51,736 nucleotides of DNA from a virus (Duplodnaviria > Caudoviricetes), in IMG/VR virus record IMGVR_UViG_3300043406_000030, positions 1-51,736 of that record; one strand, written 5' to 3'. Below, one piece after another: positions 8,931 through 19,424 of this stretch. A program made the position numbers and the translations under genes. The notes below the pieces were generated by a model, which worked only from the letters and a program-made list of their open reading frames with translations, made no database searches and was not told where the DNA came from. Each line of letters begins with the position of its first letter. Positions within the stretch are counted from its first letter, which is position 1.

Positions 8931-9944
8931 ATGTCTTCGACGACAGAAGTTCGTACCTTCAGCGATATCTATACAGAGATCCTGAACAAGATGCGCCAAC
9001 CAACAAACATCACGTCGATTATCGAACAGGCAAAGCGTTACGCAAACACGGGCCTGCATGACATGGTGTTTGGATTTGAGTATCAACTGCCGTGGCTTGA
9101 GCGTGACGCTGTTCTTCTTACAAGGGCAGCGTACACGACAGGCACCGTTTCGATAGACCGAGGTAGCACAACGCTGACTGGGGCGAGCACGTTATGGACC
9201 ACGACGGACGACTTTTCTATTGCCAATGCCAGGGCATCAGGCAAGATCAGCTTCGGCGACGGAAACGTGTACGGCATCGACGAGGTCGCGTCGGCAACGT
9301 CCATCACGTTGCTAACGCGCTACGTCGAAGACGATGACCTGGCAGCAGGAGCGTCGTATACGTATTTTGAAGACGAATACGCGCTGGCATCAGACTTCCT
9401 GAAGCCGATTGATTATCGCAGGTTTACTGCCGCGTACAACATCCCGCTTATTGGTCGCAACGAGTTTCGTAGGATGTACCCGCGTCCGAACATGGGCGGC
9501 ACGCCGAGAGTCGCAACGCTGATTGACAAGACGTTCGGTGCGTCCACGACGCCTGTAACCCACGTGCAGTTTTACCCGTATCCTACTACGGTGATGCAGA
9601 TTCCGTACTCGTATATCACGAAGAATCTTGCCGTCTCGTCTGCAGGCGTGGAGCAAGTCTCCATGTCGGCAGACAGCGATGAGCCGATCCTGCCAAACCA
9701 GTATCGAAAAGCGATCGTGTCGTTTGCGATTTGGCAGTGGTATCGAGACAAGAAAGACGACACGCGAGCCGATGCGGCGCACGCGGATTATATCGACGAT
9801 GTCGCGCGCATTGTGAACGACAGGAACATCGGCGCGCCCACCACAGCGCGCCTGCAGCCTCGTGTCCAAGGGTTTCGCGTTTATAACGGTTCCGCAGGCA
9901 GGCGATTCTCCCACAACAACTCCTTTGATGAGTTTAGGTCGTAA
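8931..9944 (+). CDS. Head-tail adaptor / tail tubular protein A-like
   Basis: Helical N-terminus, EYAL..DFLK, FYPYP...I.YSY, D.P.LP..Y..AIV motif; precedes the nozzle-like gene. Confidence 0.65.
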   Translation: MSSTTEVRTFSDIYTEILNKMRQPTNITSIIEQAKRYANTGLHDMVFGFEYQLPWLERDAVLLTRAAYTTGTVSIDRGSTTLTGASTLWTTTDDFSIANARASGKISFGDGNVYGIDEVASATSITLLTRYVEDDDLAAGASYTYFEDEYALASDFLKPIDYRRFTAAYNIPLIGRNEFRRMYPRPNMGGTPRVATLIDKTFGASTTPVTHVQFYPYPTTVMQIPYSYITKNLAVSSAGVEQVSMSADSDEPILPNQYRKAIVSFAIWQWYRDKKDDTRADAAHADYIDDVARIVNDRNIGAPTTARLQPRVQGFRVYNGSAGRRFSHNNSFDEFRS

Positions 9945-11522
9945 ATGTTACAAGCAAGCAAATGGTTGACACACAGATTTGGTGGAGGATGGGCGACGGA
10001 CTTTGGCCCGACGGCGTACACTTCGCCCGATCAAAACGGGCAATTCCAAGTCCCGTTTCTGCGTCAAGCCCGCAATCTTGTGTACGAGTTTGACGGAGGC
10101 ATTCACAAGGCGCCTGGGACCGCAAAGCTCAACGCTTCTGCGTTAGAGTCTGGCGCAACGGTACGTGGCCTGACTGACTACTGGCGGCAAGGCACGTCCG
10201 ACTCGCCGACGCAGCGGCGCGTGATCCATGTGGGCACAAAGGTCAAGTATGACCAAGCCGACGGAACGTTTATTGACATGCTCACCGGCATGAGCAGCAC
10301 GTCGATTCCAAACTACGAAACCTTTGATGACTTGTTGCTCATCTCGTCGTCTGATCCGTCAGACTTGCCGAGGTCATGGGACGGGACCACTGCGCAAAAT
10401 CTTGCAGGGTCGCCGCCAAACTTCTCATTCTGCGTCACGCACGAAAACCACGTGTTTGCCGCAGGCGTGTTTACGAATCCGTCGCGCCTGTACTACTGTG
10501 TACCGTTAAACCCAGAAGACTGGACCAACACCGGCAGCGGGTCGATCGACGTAGACCCGAACGACGGCGACATGATTACCGGCGTCATCAGTCACAAGGG
10601 CAACCTGTGGGTATTCAAAGGACCGAATAAGGGCAGCATTCATCGTATCTCAGGCACGTCCGCAGCGACGTGGACGAAAACTCGTTTCATAAAGGGGCTG
10701 CCTTGTCCGTGGATTAACTCGATTTTCGCGTTCGGTGACGACATCGGGTTTATCTCGACAAACGGATCAGTCCATAGCCTTAAAGCCACTGACGCCTATG
10801 GCGACTACAATCAAGCGTGGCTCTCGTACCCGATTAACAAATACTTGCAAGAGAATCTGAACAACAGCAGAGCACGTTACTTTTGCGCAGCTACAGACCC
10901 GAATCGCGGCTACGTGTGGATTGGCATTACTCCGTCAGGCCAAACCACAAACACACGTTTCCTGATTATGGACTACAGGTTTCTGTCGCAACAAGAAACC
11001 TACCCGAGGTGGTCATATTGGGACAGCAGGGCCTTTGCGTGTATTTCGCTTGTTCGAGACACGCAGCGCCCAAGGCTGATGGCTGGCGGGTATGACGGCT
11101 TTGTCTACAAGCTCGATCAAACCTCGCGTACCGACTCTGGTACCGCAATCAACATGGTCGCAGAAACTCCGTCGCTGACCTACGGCGACGAGTGGATGCT
11201 GAAGAATCTTGCCGATGCCGGCGTGTCTATCAACGCGCTAAACAACAACACGTTTACGCTGACGTGGACACTGGACGGCGTCAATAGTTACAGCATTACA
11301 CAGACGCAAGGAGCGACAGGAGCCGTGTTTGATGTCGGAGTGTTTGATACCGCTGTGTTTGGCGGCCAAGCATTCGTGCCAAGGTTCTTTGGCATCGAAA
11401 ACGGTGGCGACTTTCGCGCGATCTCGTATCAGTTTTCAGAAACAGCAGACGACAGCGATTTAGAAATTCACAGTTTCATGGCAAAGATCACCCCGTCTGG
11501 TGAGAGCACGGAGAATTCTTAG
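9945..11522 (+). CDS. Tail nozzle / stabilization protein (P22 gp10 / tubular protein B-like)
   Basis: 525 aa with beta-propeller-like repeats (H.NHVFAAG...SRLYY, DGD.ITG....GNLWVFK); position after the adaptor. Confidence 0.65.
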   Translation: MLQASKWLTHRFGGGWATDFGPTAYTSPDQNGQFQVPFLRQARNLVYEFDGGIHKAPGTAKLNASALESGATVRGLTDYWRQGTSDSPTQRRVIHVGTKVKYDQADGTFIDMLTGMSSTSIPNYETFDDLLLISSSDPSDLPRSWDGTTAQNLAGSPPNFSFCVTHENHVFAAGVFTNPSRLYYCVPLNPEDWTNTGSGSIDVDPNDGDMITGVISHKGNLWVFKGPNKGSIHRISGTSAATWTKTRFIKGLPCPWINSIFAFGDDIGFISTNGSVHSLKATDAYGDYNQAWLSYPINKYLQENLNNSRARYFCAATDPNRGYVWIGITPSGQTTNTRFLIMDYRFLSQQETYPRWSYWDSRAFACISLVRDTQRPRLMAGGYDGFVYKLDQTSRTDSGTAINMVAETPSLTYGDEWMLKNLADAGVSINALNNNTFTLTWTLDGVNSYSITQTQGATGAVFDVGVFDTAVFGGQAFVPRFFGIENGGDFRAISYQFSETADDSDLEIHSFMAKITPSGESTENS

Positions 11523-12791
11523 ATGGCTATCTCGCAAGTATACACTGCCGTACCGCTCGACGTGATCTCTGCGGCTCGATGGAACAACGAGTTCGGCAAC
11601 GTGTACAACAACGGAACTGCGCTGGCGTTTCCGTTGACGCAGAGCGTGTCGTTCGCGGGCTACTCCGTCAGACTCGACGCGGCAGGCGCAACGTCCATTG
11701 CGTCCACATCGTCCGCAAGCGTCGTGCTAGCTCCTGGTGCCAAGACAGGCACCCCGAACGTTGGCGGGTCGGTGCTTACGGTGCAACAGCAGACGTTTAC
11801 CGACACAGCCACGTCAGCATCAGGCACCGCTTCGGCATACGCGAGCGTCGGGCTTGACATCCCGTCCGTTGCGGCATCAAACGCGAATGTCACAGTAACC
11901 GACGCGGCCACGCTGTATATTGCCAACGCGCCCGCTGCCAGCACGAACGTTACGCTGACAAATGCCTACGCGTTGTGGATTGACGAAGGCACGATACGGA
12001 CAGACGGCAAGGTGTACGGCACACTTGTGCATGCCGGACACATCGAAGGTCTGCTGTTTTCAAACAACGGCAGCGACGCAACAAATGACATCGACATCGC
12101 GGTAGGGTTAGCGGCAAGCACGCACGCGACGCCTGCAAGCAGAAGATTGCTGACACTGGCAAGCGCGGTCACGAAGCGGCTTGACGCGTCGTGGGTCACT
12201 GGCACAAATCAAGGAGGGCTGTCGTCTTCGCTGTCCATATCAAACACCGATTACTTTATCCATCTAATACAGGTTGCCGGAGTTGTAGACGTTGGCTTTG
12301 ATACAAGCCGGACTGCGGCAAACCTGATCGCCGATCACGGAGCGACAGCGTACCGGCGCATCGGATGGATACGTCGAGCCTCCAACACCATTGTTCCGTT
12401 TACTACCACAGGCCAGGCAGGTGGAGGAATCCTATACTTATGGACCACGCCCCCGCTTGATGTAGACTTAGCGGCCACACTCACCACGTCTCGACGCTCT
12501 GACGTGATTTCTGTTCCACTTAGCGAGAAAGTGTTGGCGCATATTACTGTCAGCATGCTTGACGCGGCGATCTTTACCGCACGAGTGTGTAGCCCATCTG
12601 AAACGGACGCAGCCCCTTCGTCTACGGCTTCGCCGCTGCAGAATATCAAAGGCCCTGTTGCGGGCCAGTACGAAGGCACGCAGCTTACTGTTCTGACAGA
12701 CACGAGTGGGCAAATATCAGCACGCTGCACCGTGGCGACGATGGATCAATACAAAGTGATGACGGACGGGTTTGAATGGAGCCGGCAATGA
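11523..12791 (+). CDS. Tail fibre protein 1
   Basis: AARWNNEFGN virion-anchor N-terminus; GL...NN..DATNDIDIA.G and YRRIG motifs common in fibres. Confidence 0.7.
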   Translation: MAISQVYTAVPLDVISAARWNNEFGNVYNNGTALAFPLTQSVSFAGYSVRLDAAGATSIASTSSASVVLAPGAKTGTPNVGGSVLTVQQQTFTDTATSASGTASAYASVGLDIPSVAASNANVTVTDAATLYIANAPAASTNVTLTNAYALWIDEGTIRTDGKVYGTLVHAGHIEGLLFSNNGSDATNDIDIAVGLAASTHATPASRRLLTLASAVTKRLDASWVTGTNQGGLSSSLSISNTDYFIHLIQVAGVVDVGFDTSRTAANLIADHGATAYRRIGWIRRASNTIVPFTTTGQAGGGILYLWTTPPLDVDLAATLTTSRRSDVISVPLSEKVLAHITVSMLDAAIFTARVCSPSETDAAPSSTASPLQNIKGPVAGQYEGTQLTVLTDTSGQISARCTVATMDQYKVMTDGFEWSRQ

Positions 12792-13033
12792 TCTATGTAG
12801 GAAGACGCTTCGACGGATCAATTTACGGCATCTGGCGAAACAAACAGCCGGAGGATGCTTCGCACCCAAACATTTCGCAACTAGATGAGAACGACCCAGA
12901 GGTGCGGGCGTTTACCTCGCGACCGGCAGACGTGGTTGTCGATCCTCGTGATACGAAACTATCTGCGCTTGAAGCACGCCTCGTCGCGGTTGAAGAGAAG
13001 CTTGTCGCACCGAAAGAAGGAGCCGCACTATGA
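12788..13033 (+). CDS. Putative tail-fibre assembly chaperone
   Basis: Small ORF coupled to fibre 1 (ATG 12788); DPEVRAF motif and C-terminal coiled coil. Confidence 0.5.
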   Translation: MIYVGRRFDGSIYGIWRNKQPEDASHPNISQLDENDPEVRAFTSRPADVVVDPRDTKLSALEARLVAVEEKLVAPKEGAAL

Positions 13034-13125
13034 AGAACGCCCCTCCGTTCCCGTTAAAGGCGCTTGTCATCTGCGCGGTTGTGAGCGCCGCGCTCGGCGT
13101 CTTGCTCGCCCTTGTGTCAGGATAA
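13030..13125 (+). CDS. Small membrane peptide (31 aa; not in ORF track)
   Basis: ATGA coupling with AAGGAG RBS; MKNAPPFPLKALVICAVVSAALGVLLALVSG. Confidence 0.45.
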   Translation: MKNAPPFPLKALVICAVVSAALGVLLALVSG

Positions 13126-13128
13126 ACA

Positions 13129-14370
13129 ATGTCTTTATCACAGATCTATACAGCCGTCACTGGACACACGATTACCGCGGCCCGGTGGAACAACGAGTTT
13201 GGAAACATTTACACAAACGGAACAGATGTCGCGTTCCCGTTGACGAAAGCCGTGTCGCTGGCTGGGTACACACTAACCGTTGACTCTGCCGGCGTGTCTA
13301 CGATTACGTCTCCGTCGAATACTGGGTTTTTGCTCACCGTCGGCAACAAGTCTGGCGCACCCGGCGCGAACGGAAACCTGGCGACATTGACTGCCAGCAC
13401 GTTTACCGATACAGACACGGCGGCTGCCGGCACGGCTGCCTTGTGGACAGGGTTGTCAGTTCGCACGCCTACACTTGCCGCATCCGCCGCCAACGTCGTT
13501 ACCACGCTTGCTGCTACGGTATATGTCGAAGGCCCTCCGACTGCAAGCACAAATGAGACACTGACGACGCCGTGCGCGATCTATGCAGCAGGACACGTGG
13601 TCAGCGCAAAAGGGTCTGACATTGCGTCGGCCTCGTCAATCGCTGTCACCCACGGATTTCATGATGTCACCGGCACGACAACTATAACAGCTGTCACCAA
13701 GGCGGCGGCTGCCGGCACGACGTTTCGACTGCGGTTTACCGGGGCAGGGTTAAACATTACGTATAATGCTACGTCGATGATTACTCCCTGGGCAAAAGAC
13801 TATCGCACAGTGCCGAATGAAATCTTGGAATTCTTTTCGCTTGGCAGTGGAAACTACCAATTCGTCTCCCTGAACGGTCCTCCCGAGCGCGTCGGCACGA
13901 CGATTGAAGCCAACAGCACCACGACACCTGCGGGATATTTGCCAGAAGACGGGGCGGCAGTGTCGCGCACGACGTACGCCGGCTTGTTTGCAGAAGTCAG
14001 TACCACGTACGGCGTTGGCGACGGCACAACGACCTTTAACGTGCCCCTGTCTCTCGGCCTTGTTGCGATTAACCGAGATCCAGCAAACTCCGTCATTACG
14101 TCCGCATCGACAAACGGAGCCAATGCGGCCACGCTAGGAGGTAAAGGAGGCGCGCAGACACATACGCTGACGACTGCAGAACTTGCGTCCCATACGCACA
14201 CACAGCGAGGTAACAGTAACGCAGGCGATGCAGGCGGCACGTCTGGTCTGAGCTTTAGAGGCGCCACGGCGAACGACGGAAACGCCGGCGCAACCGCATC
14301 TGCTGGCAGTGACACCGCGCACAACAACACGCAGCCCTGGATTGCGAAAGCCAAGTACATTCGGTTCTGA
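13129..14370 (+). CDS. Tail fibre protein 2 with tail-collar domain
   Basis: N-terminus paralogous to 11523; PAGYL..DG.AVSRTTYA.LF...STTYG.GDG.TTFNVP collar motif; H.N.QP...YI C-terminus. Confidence 0.85.
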   Translation: MSLSQIYTAVTGHTITAARWNNEFGNIYTNGTDVAFPLTKAVSLAGYTLTVDSAGVSTITSPSNTGFLLTVGNKSGAPGANGNLATLTASTFTDTDTAAAGTAALWTGLSVRTPTLAASAANVVTTLAATVYVEGPPTASTNETLTTPCAIYAAGHVVSAKGSDIASASSIAVTHGFHDVTGTTTITAVTKAAAAGTTFRLRFTGAGLNITYNATSMITPWAKDYRTVPNEILEFFSLGSGNYQFVSLNGPPERVGTTIEANSTTTPAGYLPEDGAAVSRTTYAGLFAEVSTTYGVGDGTTTFNVPLSLGLVAINRDPANSVITSASTNGANAATLGGKGGAQTHTLTTAELASHTHTQRGNSNAGDAGGTSGLSFRGATANDGNAGATASAGSDTAHNNTQPWIAKAKYIRF

Positions 14371-14377
14371 GGAGACT

Positions 14378-15217
14378 ATGGGATTTTTTGATTCAAAACA
14401 AAAGCAGAACATCAACGAGACCTATGACAACAAGGATCTGCGGCAGTACACCGCCGCGTACCGCGGGGCGGCTCCTTGGGGCTTCTCGACGCTCGATCCG
14501 ACTGCGACCCTCGCCGCGATGGGGCAAGGCACAAAGATTGGCGGGACTGACTTAGGGTTAGACTTTAAGGAATATCTGAAAGGTCTCAGCAAAGAAGAGC
14601 AGGCCATGACCAAGAGCACCAATGATGCTCTTGAGCGGATCAAGACTCGCCAGGAGTCTGGGCAGTTTCTCACACCAGAAGAGACCAACTTCATCAACAC
14701 GAGCCTCGATAAGGCGTTCGAGTACGCACACCGAACAGGCTATCAAGATTGGGAGAAGGGCACGCAGATGCTTGCGGGCAGCCGTGGCTTGCGTACGTCC
14801 GACACCCCTGTCGCGCAGCCTGCGCTCCAAGAGCTTCGCAACTTTGAAGTTGGCCTGGGCAGCAAACGAGCAGAACTCGGGCTTGACGCGACCATGCAGT
14901 TATCGGCGCAGCAACAGCAGTTTGACCAATCGTTTGCACAGTTTAACCAAGCCTTACAACAACAGCAGTGGTCTACTCGCCAAGGCTTCCTGTTTGGTGG
15001 CGGATTACAGGCCGCAGGCAACCTGGGGTATACCAGGAACACCAAAGGCACAGTGACGAATCAGATGAGCGGGTACGGACAAGTTATGTCCGGGCTTAAC
15101 ATGGCGCAAGGGTTTGTGGACTTTGGTAAGCAGTTCGGCGGGCCTATGATGGCGCTAGGATCACAGGGCAGCGGCTCTGGCGGCGGGTTTAAAGGACAAG
15201 CAAGCGGTTACTCATAA
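14378..15217 (+). CDS. Putative ejection/DNA-transfer protein
   Basis: Start reassigned to ATG 14378 (GGAG RBS, MGFFDS); Gln/Gly rich; follows the fibres as in podoviruses. Confidence 0.6.
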   Translation: MGFFDSKQKQNINETYDNKDLRQYTAAYRGAAPWGFSTLDPTATLAAMGQGTKIGGTDLGLDFKEYLKGLSKEEQAMTKSTNDALERIKTRQESGQFLTPEETNFINTSLDKAFEYAHRTGYQDWEKGTQMLAGSRGLRTSDTPVAQPALQELRNFEVGLGSKRAELGLDATMQLSAQQQQFDQSFAQFNQALQQQQWSTRQGFLFGGGLQAAGNLGYTRNTKGTVTNQMSGYGQVMSGLNMAQGFVDFGKQFGGPMMALGSQGSGSGGGFKGQASGYS

Positions 15218-15224
15218 CGGAGAC

Positions 15225-17309
15225 ATGATGCCTACAATTGAGCCGTATTCGCTAGAAGAACGGGTCACAGCAGACCCGATGCGCCTTGCCGATCATAACC
15301 CGCAGCCTACGCCTCCTGCGCCAAACGCTTCACCTGCGTTTGACATGTCGGCGTTTCCCACCCTGGCCGGTAACAGCCAAAGCGCGCTCCCCGCGCCTCC
15401 TCCTGGCTACCAACCAGGTATCTTGGCCCCGGTCAAGCGCGATTACGAAGACAGCACGCTGTACAAAATCGGCAGCGTCCTCGCGTCGTTCGGCGAGTCT
15501 GTGCCAGTGAATCTCAAGATCCGCATGGCACAACAGCAGGCAGACCTTGAACTGTCTAAGGATAAACTTGCGTGGGACAATTACTACAAGAATAACGAAC
15601 TTGCCCGCGAGTTGTCGCAGAAGCAGAACAGAGAAGCCAGCGAACAATTCGTTTCGTTGCTGCCAAAGATGAAGGCCGAGCTGTCGTCGATGTATGGTGC
15701 TCCTGCTGAAGACCAGGAGAAATACTTAGGGCATCTCGCACGCATCGCTGATAGTCTGCAGCCTGGCGGCGGCGACTTGCTGCGTTTCTTTCACAAGAAC
15801 CAATCTACCGTTCTCGCGGGCGACGCGATCCTTTCGCACCCCGACGAGTCCATATCCGGCAAAGCACGCGAAAGCGTTGCCCGAATGGGGTACGCGAATT
15901 GGTTGCAAACAAAAGAGCACGAGCAGCTTGCTAATCAAGCAAACAACGACTGGGTCACAACCGCGACCTACACGTTGCCGAAGCCCATTCAAGACAAACT
16001 GGTTGCGCAGTCAATGCCTGAATCTGACTATCGGCAAGCCTTAAAAATTGCAGGCATGCAAAAAGGCATGCGCCCTGTTGAGATTGGCTCCATGATGGCA
16101 CATCTTGATACGCCGCTCGGTCAAGCACAGATGACAGGGCTCGGCGTCGATGTTGACGCCATTAAGGTGGCGCAGCAAAAGAAGCATCGCGAGCTGTCCG
16201 CGATCGACCGAGGCAAGAACGAAGATTACCAGAAGCAGCAAGACATCCTCGCTGACGCCGCGCTGCCTGAGAACAAAAACAAGTATACCGAGTCGTATCT
16301 AAGTGCTGTTCGCGATAAGGTTGCGCAATACAACGGCACCATGGCCCGCGAAACAAATCCAGGCCAGAATCCCAACACGCCGTTTAACCGCGCGCTTGAT
16401 ATCGAAACAAACGGCAGGGTCAAGTCAATGGACGATATCGCCTTGTTGCCGAAGACCGAACAAGAGAAGTTTTATGCCGTTGCGAAAAAGGTACAAGCGG
16501 ACACGCGGTCAGCATCTGCTGATGCGCAAGCGGCTGCGCAGATGAACAAGCCGCATGACCTGATGAAAGACCCCGTCTACACTCTCAAAGACGGCAAGGT
16601 TGTGCTAACCGACACTCCGATGTCAGAAGGGGCATACAGGCAACGCCCAAAGGGCATGTTCACGATGACGCCGGAGCAGAAAACCAGAATGGGTGATCTG
16701 GAATATGCGGAGCAAGCCGGACTTGATTTGTTTGACAAAGCAGACAAGGCGTACAAAAAGGTGCCACCAAACCAACGTGTAGCTGCCGAAGCTATCCTGG
16801 GAAGCGACAGCAAGATTGTAGACTTGCTGCTAACCAACAGAGTCAAGAAAGCATATCCTGATATGGCGGACTACGTTGCACAACGAACGTCCGCTTCCGG
16901 TCGATATGCCAAGGCACTTGGCGGCCAGGTCGGCGTACTCACGGACCAAGACGTGATTCGTGTTGAACGCATGTTCGCAGTCGCAAGCGATACTGACTTT
17001 GTGCGGAAGCTGAAACGCAAAAGTTATGAACGGTTACTCGCGCTCAACAAGAAGGCGCTGACTGCCGCGCTTGCAGGCAACGAAGGCACCCTCAATGCTG
17101 GGCAAGTCACGCCTGAACAGTTGCGCGCATTAAAAGACCAGTACAAGAACGAGGTAAATGGAATTTTAGGGTCAGTCGAAGGCGAAGTTGCGAAAGCAGG
17201 GAAGACTGGCAGCAGCGCAAATCCTGCATTAGAAAAGTCAACGCAAGAAGCGGTAGACAAGCGGGAACGAGGCGAGTCATTGCTTGAAAAGATGCGTAAG
17301 GGTAAATAA
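15225..17309 (+). CDS. Putative internal virion/ejection protein
   Basis: 694-aa helical protein; GQVGVLTDQD motif; position in the ejection cluster. Confidence 0.55.
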   Translation: MMPTIEPYSLEERVTADPMRLADHNPQPTPPAPNASPAFDMSAFPTLAGNSQSALPAPPPGYQPGILAPVKRDYEDSTLYKIGSVLASFGESVPVNLKIRMAQQQADLELSKDKLAWDNYYKNNELARELSQKQNREASEQFVSLLPKMKAELSSMYGAPAEDQEKYLGHLARIADSLQPGGGDLLRFFHKNQSTVLAGDAILSHPDESISGKARESVARMGYANWLQTKEHEQLANQANNDWVTTATYTLPKPIQDKLVAQSMPESDYRQALKIAGMQKGMRPVEIGSMMAHLDTPLGQAQMTGLGVDVDAIKVAQQKKHRELSAIDRGKNEDYQKQQDILADAALPENKNKYTESYLSAVRDKVAQYNGTMARETNPGQNPNTPFNRALDIETNGRVKSMDDIALLPKTEQEKFYAVAKKVQADTRSASADAQAAAQMNKPHDLMKDPVYTLKDGKVVLTDTPMSEGAYRQRPKGMFTMTPEQKTRMGDLEYAEQAGLDLFDKADKAYKKVPPNQRVAAEAILGSDSKIVDLLLTNRVKKAYPDMADYVAQRTSASGRYAKALGGQVGVLTDQDVIRVERMFAVASDTDFVRKLKRKSYERLLALNKKALTAALAGNEGTLNAGQVTPEQLRALKDQYKNEVNGILGSVEGEVAKAGKTGSSANPALEKSTQEAVDKRERGESLLEKMRKGK

Positions 17310-17311
17310 GT

Positions 17312-18799
17312 ATGGACTACACACCAGACGAAATAGACGCGCGCATTCAAGCCGACCCTGAGATGCAGCAGCTTGCGCAAGATGATGAGACAGAGTTTCT
17401 GTCTCGCCATGCTGAGATTTACAAAGAATTTGGCTACAAGCCAGACGGCACGCCGATTCGAACAGCGCAGAAAATGGTCAGCAAAGCTTCCAAAGCACTT
17501 GGCATTCCAGAGGACATTGGGCATGCAGCAGCCGCACTTCCTCTTCCTATGGCGGCAACCTTTGCCGGCACAATCGCTGGCTCGCCCGGTGGACCTGCAG
17601 GAGCACTTGTGGGGGCGTCTGGAGGCAGCGTGCTCGGTGAGGCGGCCAATTCCTTACTGGGCATTACTGACCCCATGACCAAGACTGATATGGGTATTGC
17701 TGCAGCCGCTCCGCTTGCAGGTCTTGCGGTAGGACGAGCCGGTGCCGGTGCAGCAGGCTTGGCAAAACGGCTCCTGCCAGGTTCAGGCGCAGGACTCAAC
17801 GAGTATGCAGCAGAGCAGTTCGCCAAGAAACTCAGCAGCATGCGGGTAACTGCGGCGGATGTTGACGCGGCACGAGCAGGAATGTCGCTTGCCAAAGACT
17901 TCAAAGTGCCCGTGCCCAATCTACAGAAACTGTTTGCAGACGAGTCTGCGAGCATTGCGCAACAAGCATCAAAGGGCATACCAGGCACAGATAGCTACTT
18001 AAAAGACCTTAACAAAATCATCGCTGAGAATCCAGAACTCAACAGCTTGTTAACGCAATCAAGCATGAACTTCAAGGATCTCATGACACTTGAGAAAGGC
18101 TTTAACAGCCTCAAAGGCGAGCGGCCTGGCGAGGTGTGGGCGGCGGCATCAGGCAAGATCATTGACGAGATCGAGGCAATGGCGTCAAACACAAAACTGC
18201 ATCCGGCCACGAAGGCCAAGGCTGCAGAAGGACTTGACGCGTTCAAGAAATTCATTGCGGTCAATAACAAGTTCAAGGCCGACGAAACGCTTGTGGACAT
18301 GTTCAAGCCAGGCGGCAAGGTTGTCAAGACAGTAGCGGGCGACACCAACTTGGTACTGTTTGACCAGAAAGCGTTTAAAGATCAGCTTGCCAATAACAAG
18401 ATCCTGAAGAAAGCATTTAGTCCAGCCGAAATACAAGAGATGCGCGAGTCAGTGACAGACATTGGATACATCTCTCGTCCGCCGAGCAACAGCGCAGACG
18501 CCATGAACCTAGCAAAGCGGTACGGCGCCGGCGGTATGGCGGGCTGGATGATTGCCGGGCCGACTGGAGCGTTTGCTGGCGCGGGCCTCGAAGAGTTGAT
18601 CCGCAAAGCTGTGACATCTGAGCCGGGGCGAAAGGCTATGAAGTACTTGGCAGTCAAAGGAAGAGGCAAAATAGACGGGTTAGAGTTGCAGACGATGTTA
18701 GGCAAGATTGTCGCAGGAGCGAGCGCAGGGGTCGTTCCTGGCGTCACTGGGCGCGGATCTGATCCGCTTTCGACTCAACCCTTTGCAAACGAAGAGTAA
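17312..18799 (+). CDS. Putative ejection protein with glycine-zipper segments
   Basis: GGPAGALVGASGG and GPTGAFAGAG hydrophobic Gly zippers. Confidence 0.55.
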   Translation: MDYTPDEIDARIQADPEMQQLAQDDETEFLSRHAEIYKEFGYKPDGTPIRTAQKMVSKASKALGIPEDIGHAAAALPLPMAATFAGTIAGSPGGPAGALVGASGGSVLGEAANSLLGITDPMTKTDMGIAAAAPLAGLAVGRAGAGAAGLAKRLLPGSGAGLNEYAAEQFAKKLSSMRVTAADVDAARAGMSLAKDFKVPVPNLQKLFADESASIAQQASKGIPGTDSYLKDLNKIIAENPELNSLLTQSSMNFKDLMTLEKGFNSLKGERPGEVWAAASGKIIDEIEAMASNTKLHPATKAKAAEGLDAFKKFIAVNNKFKADETLVDMFKPGGKVVKTVAGDTNLVLFDQKAFKDQLANNKILKKAFSPAEIQEMRESVTDIGYISRPPSNSADAMNLAKRYGAGGMAGWMIAGPTGAFAGAGLEELIRKAVTSEPGRKAMKYLAVKGRGKIDGLELQTMLGKIVAGASAGVVPGVTGRGSDPLSTQPFANEE

Positions 18800-18803
18800 G
18801 TTT

Positions 18804-19076
18804 ATGAAAAAAGTCAGGCAGTCCACGCTACTGAACAGGCAAGGTGGGCAGTTTACCATGCCTGGTGGGTTTAAAGTCCGTGTCGAAATCCTCGACAAAG
18901 ACGAAGCAAATGCAGAGATGGGCAACGAGGTGCTTGCCCAATACTACCACGAGGATCATTTGATCCAGTTGCGCCGGTCACGAACCCCGAAGCAACGCAA
19001 GGCAGACTTTGAACACGAGTTGCAACATTGCTGCATCGACTGGGTTGACTACTTCGTGAGGAAAGCAAGACATTAA
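18804..19076 (+). CDS. Small HExxH metallopeptidase-like protein
   Basis: HELQH preceded by AQYYHEDHLIQL strand (minimal zincin); start reassigned to ATG 18804. Confidence 0.55.
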   Translation: MKKVRQSTLLNRQGGQFTMPGGFKVRVEILDKDEANAEMGNEVLAQYYHEDHLIQLRRSRTPKQRKADFEHELQHCCIDWVDYFVRKARH

Positions 19077-19115
19077 AAAAGGGGTGTACCTCGTGTGAGA
19101 TACACCCCCTTGTTT
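19076..19115. terminator. Bidirectional terminator between converging arms
   Basis: A-tract, GGGGTGTA...TACACCCC hairpin, then CTTGTTT. Confidence 0.75.
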
Positions 19116-19424
19116 CTACTTGAACGTGTGAATCGGGCTACAGTTGAAGTACGTCTTGTCTTGCACGCCGTTGCCGTGCATATCCTCAATATGGACATCT
19201 TTACAGAGACTGACAAATTCAACCGACCCATTCCAGAAGTCGTGTAGCGTCGTCGTCAAGACATAGTAATCAACCTTTGCAAACGGCGTGGTTCCAACGC
19301 CAGTTTGCCCGTTACGGGTTTCGACTTCATGTGTAATGCTAGTACACGCAGACAGCGCCGCCAAGCTACAGAAAACTAACGCTAACATTGACATCTTCAG
19401 TGACAGCGAAAGTGTACCGCCCAT
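19116..19424 (-). CDS. Putative lipoprotein
   Basis: AAGGAG RBS; hydrophobic stretch ending LSAC (lipobox-like). Confidence 0.55.
   Translation of the reverse strand: MGGTLSLSLKMSMLALVFCSLAALSACTSITHEVETRNGQTGVGTTPFAKVDYYVLTTTLHDFWNGSVEFVSLCKDVHIEDMHGNGVQDKTYFNCSPIHTFK

Noticed and set aside
11523-14370. Diversity-generating retroelement or invertible fibre switch
   Set aside because: No reverse transcriptase or invertase; similarity is protein-level paralogy, not an adenine-specific TR/VR pair
3535-18747. Many long - strand ORFs in the late arm, and + strand ORFs in the early arm
   Set aside because: They overlap well-supported genes in antisense, lack RBSs and motifs, and are typical shadow ORFs
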